A stretch of DNA of 63,340 nt, the filler included, from Octopus bimaculoides (taxonomy: Eukaryota), in the NCBI RefSeq assembly GCF_001194135.2. It is 8 parts of 7 records of this genome, joined end to end, with 100 filler letters (N's around TTAATTAATTAA, not from the genome) between each part and the next. Parts side by side here need not be neighbours in the genome. Positions count along the whole stretch, not along the records: positions 24,537 to 49,420 come from NC_068990.1; 7 more parts are not named here. The stretch is one strand, 5' to 3'. This document shows, one piece after another, positions 25,400 through 38,859 of this stretch. Position 1 is the stretch's first letter; each line of letters starts with the position of its first letter. A model generated the notes under the pieces. It worked only from the letters and a program-made list of their open reading frames with translations, had not been told where the DNA came from and did no database searches. The position numbers were made by a program, and so were the translations under genes.

Positions 25400-26870
25400 T
25401 GCCTGCAAATACTACATATTTCTGCAAATGCATAGATGAAAATATCGCGTACTCTTCATATGCGATAAGCAACTTTCAAAAACCAGTTCCTTTCGTTTAA
25501 ATTTTAATTCGTAAGCACCGGATAAAGAAAAAAAACACGGTTCTTCTTGAGATAATTTTAAATGAGCAATAACAGGATTTTACATGAAAGAGTGTCGATT
25601 CCAATCATATTGTTTTATGTTTAATTAGGGAAAATAATGCTCACTTTCTCTTCTAGCGTTGTTAAATGCTCGGTTATTATGGAAGTCATATCAGAATTAT
25701 CAACTCTAGTTTCTCTTTTCCGAGTTACTATTTATTTCTGAAGTTCTGCCAATTTATCTGTAGATTTAAGGATATTTTATTTTTTTTATTTTTACCTTTT
25801 CAGGCAATTAAGGTGTTGAAATATGCTTGTCAAATATTCCAGGCAAGACAACCATACATTCACATTGAAGGCATTTCAAAAGTGTTTTTGATTAATTTCT
25901 TTAAAAAATACAAAAGAAAAAGTCTCCTTTCAGAGTTCCTTTTCTCTTTTACAACCATCTCACTTTGATGCGTTAAAAACAAGCGTCAGTACTGCGAAGC
26001 TGTGTGAATGCAAATTTTCTCAAACAAACGAGCTTTTAATTAAATTAAACAACTTAATATAAAATTAGTTTCAATTCAACTCCCAATGTTTTAACAATCA
26101 AGGTCTCTATCTAGAAAGCAGTGGATTTTAATAACATACGGATATTGCTGTTTTTTTTTTTACATGTGTTTGTAACCTTCATATTGCCAACCATAGAAAG
26201 ACTTCCATCGGTACAAGTACCAACCACGACTTTCATGATAATTCGCATTTTTCAAATAGGAATAATATGTTCACCTTTTTTTAGTGCCTGGCATTCCTTT
26301 GTAGTAACAAAAAATTTGATTTACTATTTGATCTTCGATAAAACGAATGAACGCCAATAGCTGATATTTGCTGGTAATGTCTGCTAACTCATCAACTTTC
26401 AAAGCAAAACTTGAATGTTGAAGCTAATCATGTCATACATTTTCTTCGATGTCAAAAGACAATTCCAAAATGCGTTTATGAAGTGTGTCATTTGAGAAAG
26501 GAATTTATAGTTGATTTCTTGTTCTGCTTCATCTCCCAAGATTGTTTTAATCTTTCTGTATGCATGCAAAATAATCGACTCTGCCAAAGTATGCAACTAA
26601 TTTTTCAATGCAGCCGCTCCAGTTAGTTCATAAGAAGCAATTTGAGCTTCTTCGGAAACTGTTATTGTATTTCTAAAAATATTTTCATTTGATAACCTTT
26701 TAAGATAATTTGAGGCTTTTGTTTGATGATAGGAGTGTTTTGCTTTGATATGTCTACATATACTGCTACGAAACATCGTTTCGTGGTTCATGATATAGAT
26801 TTTGAAAGATTCATTATGCTATAAATAAATATGCCCACTGATTATATTTCACATCTTTTATTATTATCTG
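25400..26870 (-). pseudogene. Degraded hAT (Buster/Charlie, ZBED5-like) transposase
   Basis: In-order fragments: NHETMFRS..RHIKAKH...VSEEAQIASYEL; HTLAESIILHA..IKTILGDEAEQEI; ARLFEKIC...; IITEHLTTLEEK..YFP.LN..YDW. Many stops and frameshifts. Confidence 0.8.
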
Positions 26871-27365
26871 TCAAGTATTAAACCACTTAACCAATTAAAT
26901 AATCGGTTGTTTTATTAATTGCTCGGTTAATCAATAAATTTGTCAGAGTCCTTTCATCGTTATTCGCGATCTCATCAGTGACATGCTATCGCTACTCCAA
27001 GTTTGTCTGTGCGGGGAGAAGGGTCTCTAATTTCCACTCATCCTCTTTCTATAAATGTCGTAAATTAGCCTTATAAGGTATCGGTGTGAGTATACCTAAG
27101 TTTTGTGAGATGATGTGCAATAAATTTCTGAAAATTAAGAATACAACGCTTTTTAAGACATCAGTATAGATTTTCTGAAACCTTGAATTATATTTCTAAA
27201 ATAACCTACGGTCCACCTCATTACCACTTGTGATGCACTCTTTGAAAGTCACTCCATTAGAATCTTCGATGGAGATTGAATGTTTTGATAATGCTTATGG
27301 AAGATTCCTAGTTATTCTTTATCCTGAATGCGTATGTGTGTGTGTGTGTATTTGTGTGTATATGT

Positions 27366-27409
<44 letters not shown>

Positions 27410-28870
27410 ACGTGTGTGTGTGTGTATGTATGTGTGTGTGTGTGTGTATGTACGTGCGTGTGTGTGTGTGTGAGTGTGTGCGCGCGCGCGAGCAAGCGTC
27501 TTTGGATTTCTTAGATTCACAGTACGCTAGTATCGACTTGCATCCCTTTGGAATCCATAGTATAACTATTGTGGTTCAAAGTTCTATCCATTTAGAAAAA
27601 AAGTTATCTTGCCGAGAGATAACTGATACTTTAGACCATTTGTCCCGAAAAGAATTATTTGATGGCAGCCAGAAATAAGAGACGTTGCAATAAAAGTTGT
27701 TTTTGTTGTTGCTTAACCCCAGATCAGTCCTGATCAAGCAGATATATGATCTGCTCCATCAAAAAATCAAACTGTTTCCAGAAAAGAAACGGTAGATGCA
27801 AAGACGCACATGGCTGCAAAGATCAGTTATTGATGAGCAAAGTTACAACCAAACTTGAGCACTTTCATGTCAACCCTAATATAGCTGGGTCTAATATAGC
27901 AAATGTGATTTTCATTTTTGAGACAATGATGTATAATTTAAGAGAGATTAAGCATTTTATGACATTGTATATTTAAGGCTATATTATCAAAACTAGTTTT
28001 TCTATTTGTAAGTGTGCAGGGTATGATTTAAAGGAGATTTGGCTGTTATTTTCAGCAGGCAAAAGCGACCACATAAGTTGCTCGACACTGAAAGCTGCTG
28101 CTGTTGTCGTCTTTGTCCTTGTAGTTTATTCCTAATTGAGCAAACTTTTGATAAAAGGCATTCTCTTTTTTCAGGCATAGTGTATTTGGGACGACATTGT
28201 CAAATGATTTGAGGGAGATTTGGTAACTAATTCTAGCAGGTTTGGTGATTACACTGATGTAGTTAATATATGTAGCATGAAAAACTGTTGTTAAAGGCGG
28301 TTTTTAAGACATTGATCAATGTAGCATGAGACTTAAAGAGTTGTTGCCGTTAACTAGTAGATTTTGTGTGTTTTTATTAATTGAAACGAAATTTTAATTG
28401 GAATGATATAAAGTGTGAAATTAATTGCAATTGTTTAAACGCTATTATATCCAACACTATTCTGAAATCAAAATTAATTTCAGTTGAATAGATTAGGTTT
28501 TTGCAGTGTAGCTCCTGGTCTGCCTTAGCTTAACATTCCTATAGCACTCAACGAAATTCCTATAACAGGCATAGATTCGGTCCATCAACGAAACACAATC
28601 CAATTATATCATACATTCGTTTAACTGAGACTCATACTTCATGCTTGGACATGCAGTGATTCCTCGTATGGGGTGAACATTGACGGTCTGGATATGTTAT
28701 ACTCTCTTCACTACCTTGTCTATTTCTGAACGCCCGTAAATTATGGTAGTGGCCACAGCCAAAGTAAATTCGACCAGAACGTGATATTGACTCTTCTTGT
28801 GTACTTATTTCTGGTCGTGTGCATTCTAACAAAATGTTTGAGATTAATGGAACTATTGATGTTGAAACTA

Positions 28871-29320
28871 TTGGGATAGCAACTAAGTTCCTGCCATTTT
28901 TTTAAATTAAAATATTTTAAAAGGTTTAATAAAAAATAACAACTAATTAATCAATAATGTATTCACCCTTGTTGTTTACAACTTCTTCCCAACATTCAAC
29001 AAGATTTTCAATTCCGCGTTGGTAGAAATCATTCGATTTCGACTCGAAAAATTGATCCAACCAAGCTCTCTGTTCTGCATCAGTATTGAACGAAACTCCA
29101 CGCATAGCCTTTGAAAGAGAGCGAAAGAGGTGGAAATCCGTTGGTGCCAAATCAGGACAGTACGGCGGGTGTGGCTGCACTTTCCAGCCATGCGTTTGAA
29201 TGGCTTCCTTGGTCATATTGGCGATATGGGGGCAGGCGTTGTCGTGCAGCAGAAGAACTCCATGCTGCCGATTAGGTCTTTTCTCTTGAATAACCGTGTT
29301 GATTCGTTCTATTTGTTGAA
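28871..29320 (-). mobile_element. mariner (DD34D) element, 3' part with TIR
   Basis: HGVLLLHDNACPH...HPPYCPDLAPTDFHLF with 34 residues between the two catalytic Asp. TIR TTGGGATAGCAACTAAGTTCCTGCC follows TA at 28869-28870. Confidence 0.92.
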
Positions 29321-29451
29321 CATATCTTTATAAATGGAGTTCCTCACACGAAGGTATTAACTCATTCTTCTAACCATTCCACCTCTCCCCCCTTTCCACT
29401 TTCTCCTTTCTATCCAACTCCTTCTTAACTTGTTTGTCAGTGTGGCTGGAA

Positions 29452-29498
<47 letters not shown>

Positions 29499-30799
29499 GT
29501 TTTACTATTGTGTCCCTCACTGTCCTGCCTCCTTGGCCAGCTCTCTTATTTATTTGACACTGAACAGAAAAAGAAGTCAACATGTGAGGGATAAGTTTTA
29601 ACGAATGTTGTATTATTTTAATGCTTAAAAAGAAGGGAAATAGTCTAGCTGTTTCGGCCGCTAGTCCTTCATCAGGAAAAATAAAAGAACCATATTTATT
29701 CTTTACCACCAGCTATCGAGCTGCCACCATTTCCACTGAATTGAGTCTTAGTACAAATTCTGACATTCTTTACCACCTTCACTATTTCCTACTTCGTTGT
29801 CCCCATACTACTCACAATCACTTGCCGTTTTCTGTCTCTCTCCCTCCTTCCCCCTTCTCTCTCACTCTTTCCTTTTTCTTCTCTTTCTCTTTCTCCATCT
29901 CTCACTTTCTTCCTCTTTTTTCTTACTCGCTTTCTCCATCTGTCCCTCTTTCTTTCTTTCTTTCTTTTTTTTCTCTCTCTTTCTTTCCCTTTCCCCCCTC
30001 TCTCTCTCTCTCTTTCTTTCTTTCTCCATCTCTTTCTCTCTCTTATCCTGAAGAAGAGTAATTTGTATCCGAAACCTAAGCTTTCTCTTCATTCTCACGA
30101 CATAAAATAAATCCTACTATTTGAAATATTTGCATTCATTTTTGCTGATGCAGTACGTCACTAGTTTCCAAGGATTCCACTGTTTCGTTCATCAGGTAAC
30201 TGCTTTGTTTCATTTTTTGAAAAAATTATTTCTAATAGAAACTGTTATTCGTTTTTGCTTTCAATTAATCCTTTCATGCCTAACTTATTTCTTTATGCGG
30301 GAAAATGCTTTCATGATTTAAAATAACTGAAGTGGTGAATTGGAAATGACAGCATCAAATATACCGAACAGCATAAAATATCACGTGCAAAAATACACAG
30401 ATAACAGAATTTTTAAAAATTACAATTTCTTGAGTAGATACATAGCAATCTGAGAGTAACGTGAAATATAATTTCTTACAAATCATAATTACAAATGGCT
30501 CTCTTCAACATGTTTACAATATTCAATAAATATATTTATGAAGAACCAAGGAGAATATGACTGTCACACACATAGAAACACTGAGTTATCAACCAGATGT
30601 TTATTCTAAATGGACTCCAAAATCAGATACTTAAGTGTTCATACATGATATTTGTTATAAGTCTGAGCGGCCAAAAATCATTAACATGCAAGCTAGTAAT
30701 TAATCAAAATGTCAAATACCCACAAGAAAAATAATAACATTATAAAACAATTTCAGATATATCCAACGATAGCAAAGAACAAACGATGCTATTTTTTTT

Positions 30800-32600
30800 C
30801 GGCCTAAACCAATCTATACTTACGCTCTTTGATTATTGACACCAACTGCAATCGTAAACCTTTGGTAAAGTCATCCCTATCCAAATAGTTTCATTTTCAA
30901 CATGAGTATAATCAAACAAGGAAAACACTCCCAGATTTCATTAAATTACTCGCCACATTAACCGATGAATCTCAATTTTCCCAAGTGGATATTTAGCAAC
31001 TTAAAACGTTCATTTCAATCAATTTGGTTCGCTGCTTTTGACTTTATTCATTATGACCAGGCCTACGATTATGCAAATTATTTTTCTGTGTGAAATATAA
31101 CAAAATCCCAAATTGCAGCGTGTTAGAGATAAAAAAAAAAGGTGTTTCTAACGGAAGGATTTTATAATTCGAAAAATGCTCGTCAGTGTTTTGAAATGCA
31201 TTAGCTCTTCGAATATCACTACTCTGTTGTTCAACTGAAAATGTTGATTCCTAATGTAATAACTTTAAAGAATGATTAGATGAAGATGCCAAAACACATA
31301 TGCAAACAAATAGTAAATGCATATAAAAAATTATCGAGTATTTGAACTTCCCTTACTATCAACGTAAAAGCCATGCACAGAATTGTTGAAGAATTCATTA
31401 ATTTATATAGCGTAGGAAAATATGATTCCGATCCTCTGGAGTTGCTCCACAAAACTGATACAGATATATGCCCGAATCACCGTATACAAAATCAGTTTTG
31501 TTCCATAACTTTGTTATACGATTTACTTGAAGAAATAAACACAAATATTTTCCCCTGTTATTGCTGACGAATAAATAATGATACATCGAATAAAGAATTA
31601 TTTACATTAAATATTCGTTGAATCGACCAACGCTTGAGGACAACGAGAAAGTTCTTGATTTTTATTTCTTGACAGATATAAAATATTCAACTCTATCTTC
31701 AGCTGTCGTAGATGCACTAACAAGATAGTAACTAAGTTATGCATTTGTAGAGTAAGGAGTATGCGTGGACGGAGCGAGTAGCATGCTTGTAAAAAATCAT
31801 GAGTCGCCAAGCATTTAGTCACTCCAGATTTTGGCCATTCTAGCACTCCTGAAGAAGCCCAGCGTTTCGGAGGATTTCATTCGAAAGCTTTAGCATCACA
31901 TTGTCAAGCACATTCTGTAAGACTGAGCGTGTAGGAAACAACAGTGGAATGTATAATAGTACGAGATGAGTTACAGTAACGTTGTTACTCTAGCCTAGTA
32001 TTCACCAATGAGGTCGAAGTTTCTCAGCAATTTGGAAATAAATATCAGAAAAACAGAAAGGCTTGAAAGCAAATTGGTACTAGGTGATATCTTAACTTCA
32101 GTGCAACTAGGTGGACAGTATATGCTGCTTGCTTTCGACAAATTATTACGTTCAACAAAATTATTAGGTCCTACTTAAATATTGGCGAGAAGCTTTAATG
32201 TTAGAATCAGATACCTATGTTTCGATCCAGATAAATTGAATATCAAACATTAATGGAAATGTGATTTTTTTCTTTGAACTAAATATTACTATCAGACAGC
32301 CTTTATTCTTGCATATAGATAATTTATCAAAATCATTACTATAAGCTAAAATCATCAACAGATAGGAATAAGATGGATGAAATTACTAAAGATGTTTCGA
32401 AAGATTTGAGAAATGAGAATTCGTTTGACACATTTTATGATAAAAAATTTTGTCTCATTTCGTCTCAAAACCTGTATTACCACAGAAGCAAAAGGTCCTT
32501 TAAAAAACTGAAGTATCAATTAGCGAACGTGCATTCTCGTCGACAACTCCAAATCACTACAGACAGACGTGTATTTTGAAGTCATAAATATAATAACTAC
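30800..32600 (+). mobile_element. Possible highly eroded Helitron RepHel fossil
   Basis: Weak ordered matches: IFPCYC*R (~YP.YRRR), IDQRL (~DNRW), TPEEAQRFGGF..SVRLSV (~PEA.WRIFGF..V.RL.VH), and KDLRNENSF...QLQITTDRRV (~DLR...FGGK...LTTNMR). Confidence 0.35.
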
Positions 32601-33514
32601 TTCTACGCAGAAACATTTTGATCAAACGAGTTACAAGCCTGAAAACTCTGCTTTTGAAGGTAATCAACAAAGAGAGCACTTCATCAGAAATAAATTTTAT
32701 TTAGAAAATATATTCCTATGACATTGACATTAATTCTTTGATAATTCAATTTCCGGCATTTGAATTTTGTATTGGCTGACAAAGGAAAACAGTCAATGGT
32801 AACCACCTAAAATCAGATTTGAACAATTTGCCAGCTTTTACGAATAATTCTATACCTACTACAGCTGAGAAGACATGTTGTCAAATAAAATGATTAAAGA
32901 TATGTCTTGGTACAACGTTTAAGACGCAGGAGTGATTCAATTGTCTTGTATATCGCAAAGAAATGACACAAAATGAATCTGATGCAATTACTACGAAATT
33001 TGTTTCCCGAAATGAGCGTAGACAAAAGAGTTTCTGCAGATTCTGACTGCCTAAATAGAGTTAAATAATCAAGTTCTATAATTGAGACTATTTTTCTTTT
33101 TGGAATAGCATCCTATAATTGATTTTTTTACTAAACATACAAGCAAATTTTAATTTATGCATTTCACACTTCCGAATCACGAATTCTGTCGGTTGTAGAG
33201 ATTTCTTTTTTTTTTTTTTTTTTCGGAGTTGTAGTTACTATCGGTTTATATTTTGATATTAATTTATATTCATATTTAAGGAGGTAAATTTAAAAGCATG
33301 GACGTTAGCGAATGTTTGGTCCATCATTGCCGCATGCTAACACTAATTTGTATTTGAAACCACTTATAGAATCAGCTCCGCTATGCTTGAATATACACAC
33401 GTATTAAATGAGAAACTAAAGCTTCCTGAATTGTAACTTTGAGTTTCATGTTGCCAATCATTCAAGCGACTGAAGTGAGGAAGGATAAACAATATAAATA
33501 TATGTATGTGTATG

Positions 33515-33554
<40 letters not shown>

Positions 33555-34535
33555 AGATATTTGTTCGATTATAGAAATTCCTCGACAGACAAGATTTCCA
33601 CCGTAAAATCACCATAATATCTAATAACTGAAAGTATGACTGCAATATTATAGTAATAAAATGCTATTCATTTTTTTTTTTGTATGCGTATGTCAGCTAA
33701 TATGTCAAAGATTTTTGGTATTTGACAGAACAACATAGAATGACTATAAAATTATCATACTAATAAGCATTCTTTTTAACGAATTTTATAGAAATTTGAC
33801 CAGTTTTAATTAATGTTAAAACGTTGGTTATGCTTCAAGTTTAGTAAGTTTTTATATTTTAGATTTTTTCGTATACTCTGGCATATCAAACGTGAAACCA
33901 TTAAAATTTCACTTGAACATAAAAAAACATAACAGGTTAAACATCGTAGTACTTAAACTGTTTTTAAAATAATTCAAAGAACATCATATGAGATATGTGG
34001 AATCAAATTTATACATATTAGTATATAACTCTCTAAACAATCATAAAACCACATCATGAGCCAATGAACAAACATCACCACCACTATGATGGAAACCAAC
34101 TACAACTAGTCAGCATGAGGAAAACTATGATGAAAACCATTTCGATTTCCCATTTTCATGACAAACGTCGCCGCCACCACTATTTATACCATCACTACAA
34201 CAGCACAACAACAAACAAACATCACCGCTGTCGCCGCCGCCAGCATCTCAACCACCACTGCTATCAAGACTACTAATAACAAAAAGACGTCATCACTGTT
34301 GCTACCAGGGCATCATTTACCGTTATGATTATTTCTTATTTGTATTTTCTTTATGTCTCTCTTTATTTTAATTACGTTTTTTTCTTCTTATTTTTCACTT
34401 ATATTCTCCCTCCCTCACTCATACTCTCCTGTTGCTTGTTTTCGTATATTTTCTTTCGTTCTCTCTTTATGCACTTCTCTCTCTCTCTTTCGCTCTCTCT
34501 CACTCTCTCTCTCTCTCTCTCTCTCNNNNNNNNNN

Positions 34536-34579
<44 letters not shown>

Positions 34580-34765
34580 GCTCTCCCTTTTTCCTTCTCT
34601 CGCTCTCTCTTTCTCTCTCTCTACCATTATCACCATCAACGTCGCCGATGCCACATCCATTATCATGAGAGCTAATAGTCTCTTTGTTACTCTTTGAATT
34701 ATCTTCCATAGTGTGACCCGAACCTTACGTACGAAAGCACAACCCTATTATTATTATTATGCTGA

Positions 34766-34985
34766 TCTAAGGCCGTGAACTGCCAGAAATGCTAGCATGC
34801 CAAGCAAATTGCTTAGCGGCATTCTGTCTGTCTTTACGTTCTAAGTTCAAATTCCGCCGAAGTTGACTTTGCCTTTCGGAGTCGATAAAATAAGCACCGT
34901 TGAGAAGTGGGGTCGATATAATCAACTTGCCCCATCACCCGAACTTGCTGGCCTTGTGCTAAAATTTGAAACCATTATTAAAATT
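34766..34985 (+). mobile_element. SINE family 2 copy
   Basis: CTAAGGCCGTGAACTG...AAGTTCAAATTCCGCCG...GGCCTTGTGCTAAAATTTGAAACCATTATT. Confidence 0.8.
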
Positions 34986-35276
34986 ATGATGATAATACTG
35001 AAGACATAAAAGCATCCTACGTTTTTACACTTGAGAAACAAAAGATGTAACGTGTTCCGTTCAGTTGAATGGATGAATATGTGACCCTTGTTTCAATAGT
35101 TTCTTTTTTAGGCAACCAATCAATCAAGTATCAAAGACCACTCATATTCCGACGAGTTTGTGAATGTTTTTCTACATACTGTCATGCAGCTTTCCTGCTT
35201 CAAACGATTATACAATCGAACATATATTATTATTCGAGAAACTTTTGCTTGTAATAAATTATAAATTTTGTATCTT

Positions 35277-35582
35277 AGGCGCAGGAGTGGCTGTGTGGTA
35301 AGTAGCTTGCTTACGAACCGCATGGTTCCGGGTTCAGTCCCACTGCATGGCATCTCGGGTCGACCAAAGCCTTGTGAGTAGATTTGGTAAATGGAAACTG
35401 AAAGAAGCCCGTCATATATATGTATATATATATATGTATGTGTGTGTGTATGTTTGTGTGTCTGTGTTTGTCCTCCCCAACGTCGCTTGACAGCCGATGC
35501 TGGTGTGTTTACGTCCCCGTAACTTAGCGGTTCGGCAAAAGTGGCCGATACAATAAGTACTAGGCTTATAAAGAATAAGTCC
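35277..35582 (+). mobile_element. SINE family 1 copy running into a gap
   Basis: AGGCGCAGGAGTGGCTGTGTGGTAAG head and conserved body with an internal deletion. Confidence 0.85.
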
Positions 35583-35954
35583 NNNNNNNNNNNNNNNNNN
35601 NNNNNNNNNNNNNNNNNNNNNNNNNNNNNNNNNNNNNNNNNNNNNNNNNNNNNNNNNNNNNNNNNNNNNNNNNNNNNNNNNNNNNNNNNNNNNNNNNNNN
35701 NNNNNNNNNNNNNNNNNNNNNNNNNNNNNNNNNNNNNNNNNNNNNNNNNNNNNNNNNNNNNNNNNNNNNNNNNNNNNNNNNNNNNNNNNNNNNNNNNNNN
35801 NNNNNNNNNNNNNNNNNNNNNNNNNNNNNNNNNNNNNNNNNNNNNNNNNNNNNNNNNNNNNNNNNNNNNNNNNNNNNNNNNNNNNNNNNNNNNNNNNNNN
35901 NNNNNNNNNNNNNNNNNNNNNNNNNNNNNNNNNNNNNNNNNNNNNNNNNNNNNN

Positions 35955-36006
<52 letters not shown>

Positions 36007-36414
36007 GTATATATATATATATATATATAGTACCTTGATATTGTGTGGACTGATTCCTCGTTGATAGCTCGCAGATTTTAAGACTCTATAATTGCTACAT
36101 TAATGCAGTGCTTTTCAAAAGTTTTTCCAAATGCCTCTCCTTTTTTTACTAGCACGATTTCAACGCTCTTCTTACCCAATATCAGGTCAGAGTAACCGTC
36201 GTGTACTTGTTCGGTGACTACATATCATAGCATTACCTTATTATAAGCCAATGTTTGATGTTTCATTGCTTGACCTCAGCTACTGACTCTACCTTTAGAA
36301 CAAAGCTTCAGCTAAACTCTGTCATGTAGTCTTTGCGTTTCATATATATATATATATACCACATACCTACCAGTAACAGTATACTTTTATGTTCTGACTT
36401 GTAGATGTCGTTGT

Positions 36415-37269
36415 TATGGTTTTTGAAAATGTTGTGATTGTGGATAACAAGATGTTTATCATCATATCAAATTTAATTTATGGTTATTTTTAATGTTAAT
36501 TGCTTGGAGTCGATTTGTTCTACTCAAGATGGTTCCCCAATATGGCTGCACTCTGAAGCAATTAAAAGATAAAAGAGAAAATTGCATCAATCACCTCACT
36601 CCGAAAAGTACTGGGTAAGAGCTTCCTAATTTGGGCAGTAGCAACTGTGATACTGTTTAGGCTATGGTTTTTGACAATGTTATGATTGTGGCTAGCAAGT
36701 TGTTTATCATAATATCGAATTTAATTTATGGTTATTTTTAATGTTGATTGCTTGGTTTCGGATTCAGTTCCACTGCGCAGCATTATGGACAAGTGTTTTC
36801 TACTGTTGCCCTGGAGTGATCAATGCCTTCAGAGTGAATTTGGTAGTCGGAAAGTGTGAAGAAGCCCGTCATATATATGTATAGCCGTATGTGTGTTTTT
36901 GTGTTTGTGTTTGTCCCCCACTTACATCACACCGCTTGATAACCGGTGATGGTTTGTCTATGTCCTCGTAACATAGTCGAACTGTTTTCCTCGTAACATA
37001 GCTCGACAAAAAATTACCTATAAAATAAGTAACAGACTTAGTAATACGAACTGGAGTCGATTTGTTCGACTCAAGATGGTGCCGCAATGTAGCCGCACTC
37101 CAATATCTGAAGCTATTAAAAGATAAAAGAGAAAGTTGCATCAGTTACCCCACTCCGGCACCTTTGGTTCTTAGTATTCTTATAAAATTTTACACCTTCC
37201 ACTTCGAAAAGTATTGGGTAAGAGCTTCCTAATTAGGGCAGTAGCAACTGTGATAGTGTTTAGGTATGG
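36415..37269 (+). repeat. Local tandem duplication X1-Y1-X2-SINE-Y2
   Basis: X occurs at 36415-36507 and 36663-36755. Y occurs at 36508-36667 and 37055-37269, the second with an insertion of about 48 bp. A SINE family 1 body lies between X2 and Y2. Confidence 0.75.
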
Positions 37270-38400
37270 TGCTTAGAATGGTTAACGCTTAAATACGAGG
37301 GTCGATTTCTGCAGGGGTTGTTATAATTTTCTTTTATTGTTTCAGTCATTGGACCACGGCCATGTTGGGCACCGCCTTGTAGGATTTAATAGAACAAATC
37401 GAACCCCGTACTTGTTTTTTTTTTTCACCTGGTCTCTTTTTCTATCAGTTCTTTATGTCGAACCGCTAGGCAATTGAGAGGTAAACAAACCAACAAGGTT
37501 GTCAAAAGATAGTAAGAGATAAACATAACACAAACACACACACATACAAATATGTACATACATACATACATACATACATATACATGCATATATATATTAT
37601 ATGTGTCTGCATGTGAGTGTGTATATATATATANNNNNNNNNNNNNNNNNNNNNNNNNNNNNNNNNNNNNNNNNNNNNNNNNNNNNNNNNNNNNNNNNNN
37701 NNNNNNNNNNNNNNNNNNNNNNNNNNNNNNNNNNNNNNNNNNNNNNNNNNNNNNNNNNNNNNNNNNNNNNNNNNNNNNNNNNNNNNNNNNNNNNNNNNNN
37801 NNNNNNNNNNNNNNNNNNNNNNNNNNNNNNNNNNNNNNNNNNNNNNNNNNNNNNNNNNNNNNNNNNNNNNNNNNNNNNNNNNNNNNNNNNNNNNNNNNNN
37901 NNNNNNNNNNNNNNNNNNNNNNNNNNNNNNNNNNNNNNNNNNNNNNNNNNNNNNNNNNNNNNNNNNNNNNNNNNNNNNNNNNNNNNNNNNNNNNNNNNNN
38001 NNNNNNNNNNNNNNNNNNNNNNNNNNNNNNNNNNNNNNNNNNNNNNNNNNNNNNNNNNNNNNNATATATATATATATATACATACATATATATATGTATA
38101 TGTATATGTATATGTATATATACATGAGTGGAAGAGAGATTGAAATATACAGGGAGAACGTTAGAGAAGATGATGGAGAGACTATTGAAAAACAGACGAG
38201 TTGAGCTGTAAATCTCATGATATATTAGTAGAATTAACAGCTGAAGTCTGTCAACGTTGTAATACCTACAATGGACCTCTATGTTTATCTTTACTACGAA
38301 TTCCTAATCGCACCAGCCGACTGTTTAGCGAGAATTGTCGGGGGTAATGTTAGCGGAACGGTGGTAGAAACGCGGAAGTAAGACGATGGCTGCAAAATAG

Positions 38401-38440
<40 letters not shown>

Positions 38441-38859
38441 AGGGGTGTTGGAGGGGTATCGCTAGCGAGGAGTGAATTGATGGCTACTGGTTGTTCTTGT
38501 TTAACCCCAAGTGAACTTCAATCGAGCGAACCAATAATCAAATGCCTCCCAGCCGAGACCATCTCGTCCTTTTAAAGGTGGTTAGAATTTTGTTGTCTAA
38601 TGTGTCAATTTCGATTTTTTTTTTCTTAGACTTGGCTGCTATTTTTATAAGGCCGAGCTTCCTCGTTACTCGCGGCAACTGGTAAAGTAAGATTAGTAAT
38701 GTGAAGATAGTGATGTCGATAATGCTGGGGAATTTGATAATGATTGTGATGTTACTGGTGGCAGGAGCCATGGTGGGGTAGATATATGGAGGTGGTCACG
38801 TTGGTTGTTATACGGTGGCGATGATGATCGTAGTTACGTATTGTGATGATACTAATAGT

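Noticed and set aside
27261-27330. Possible exon 2 (ESSMEIECFDNAYG)
   Set aside because: Only superficial resemblance to RGK 'EES..EF'. It lacks the expected V.LDG and D-AY context and runs into a microsatellite.
28632-28832. Minus-strand ORF with a faint RTE-like GH motif
   Set aside because: Too degenerate to assign.
31848-31890. CTGAAGA...GAAA resembling a hammerhead
   Set aside because: No credible stem II or flanking stems; better explained as part of the putative Helitron fossil.
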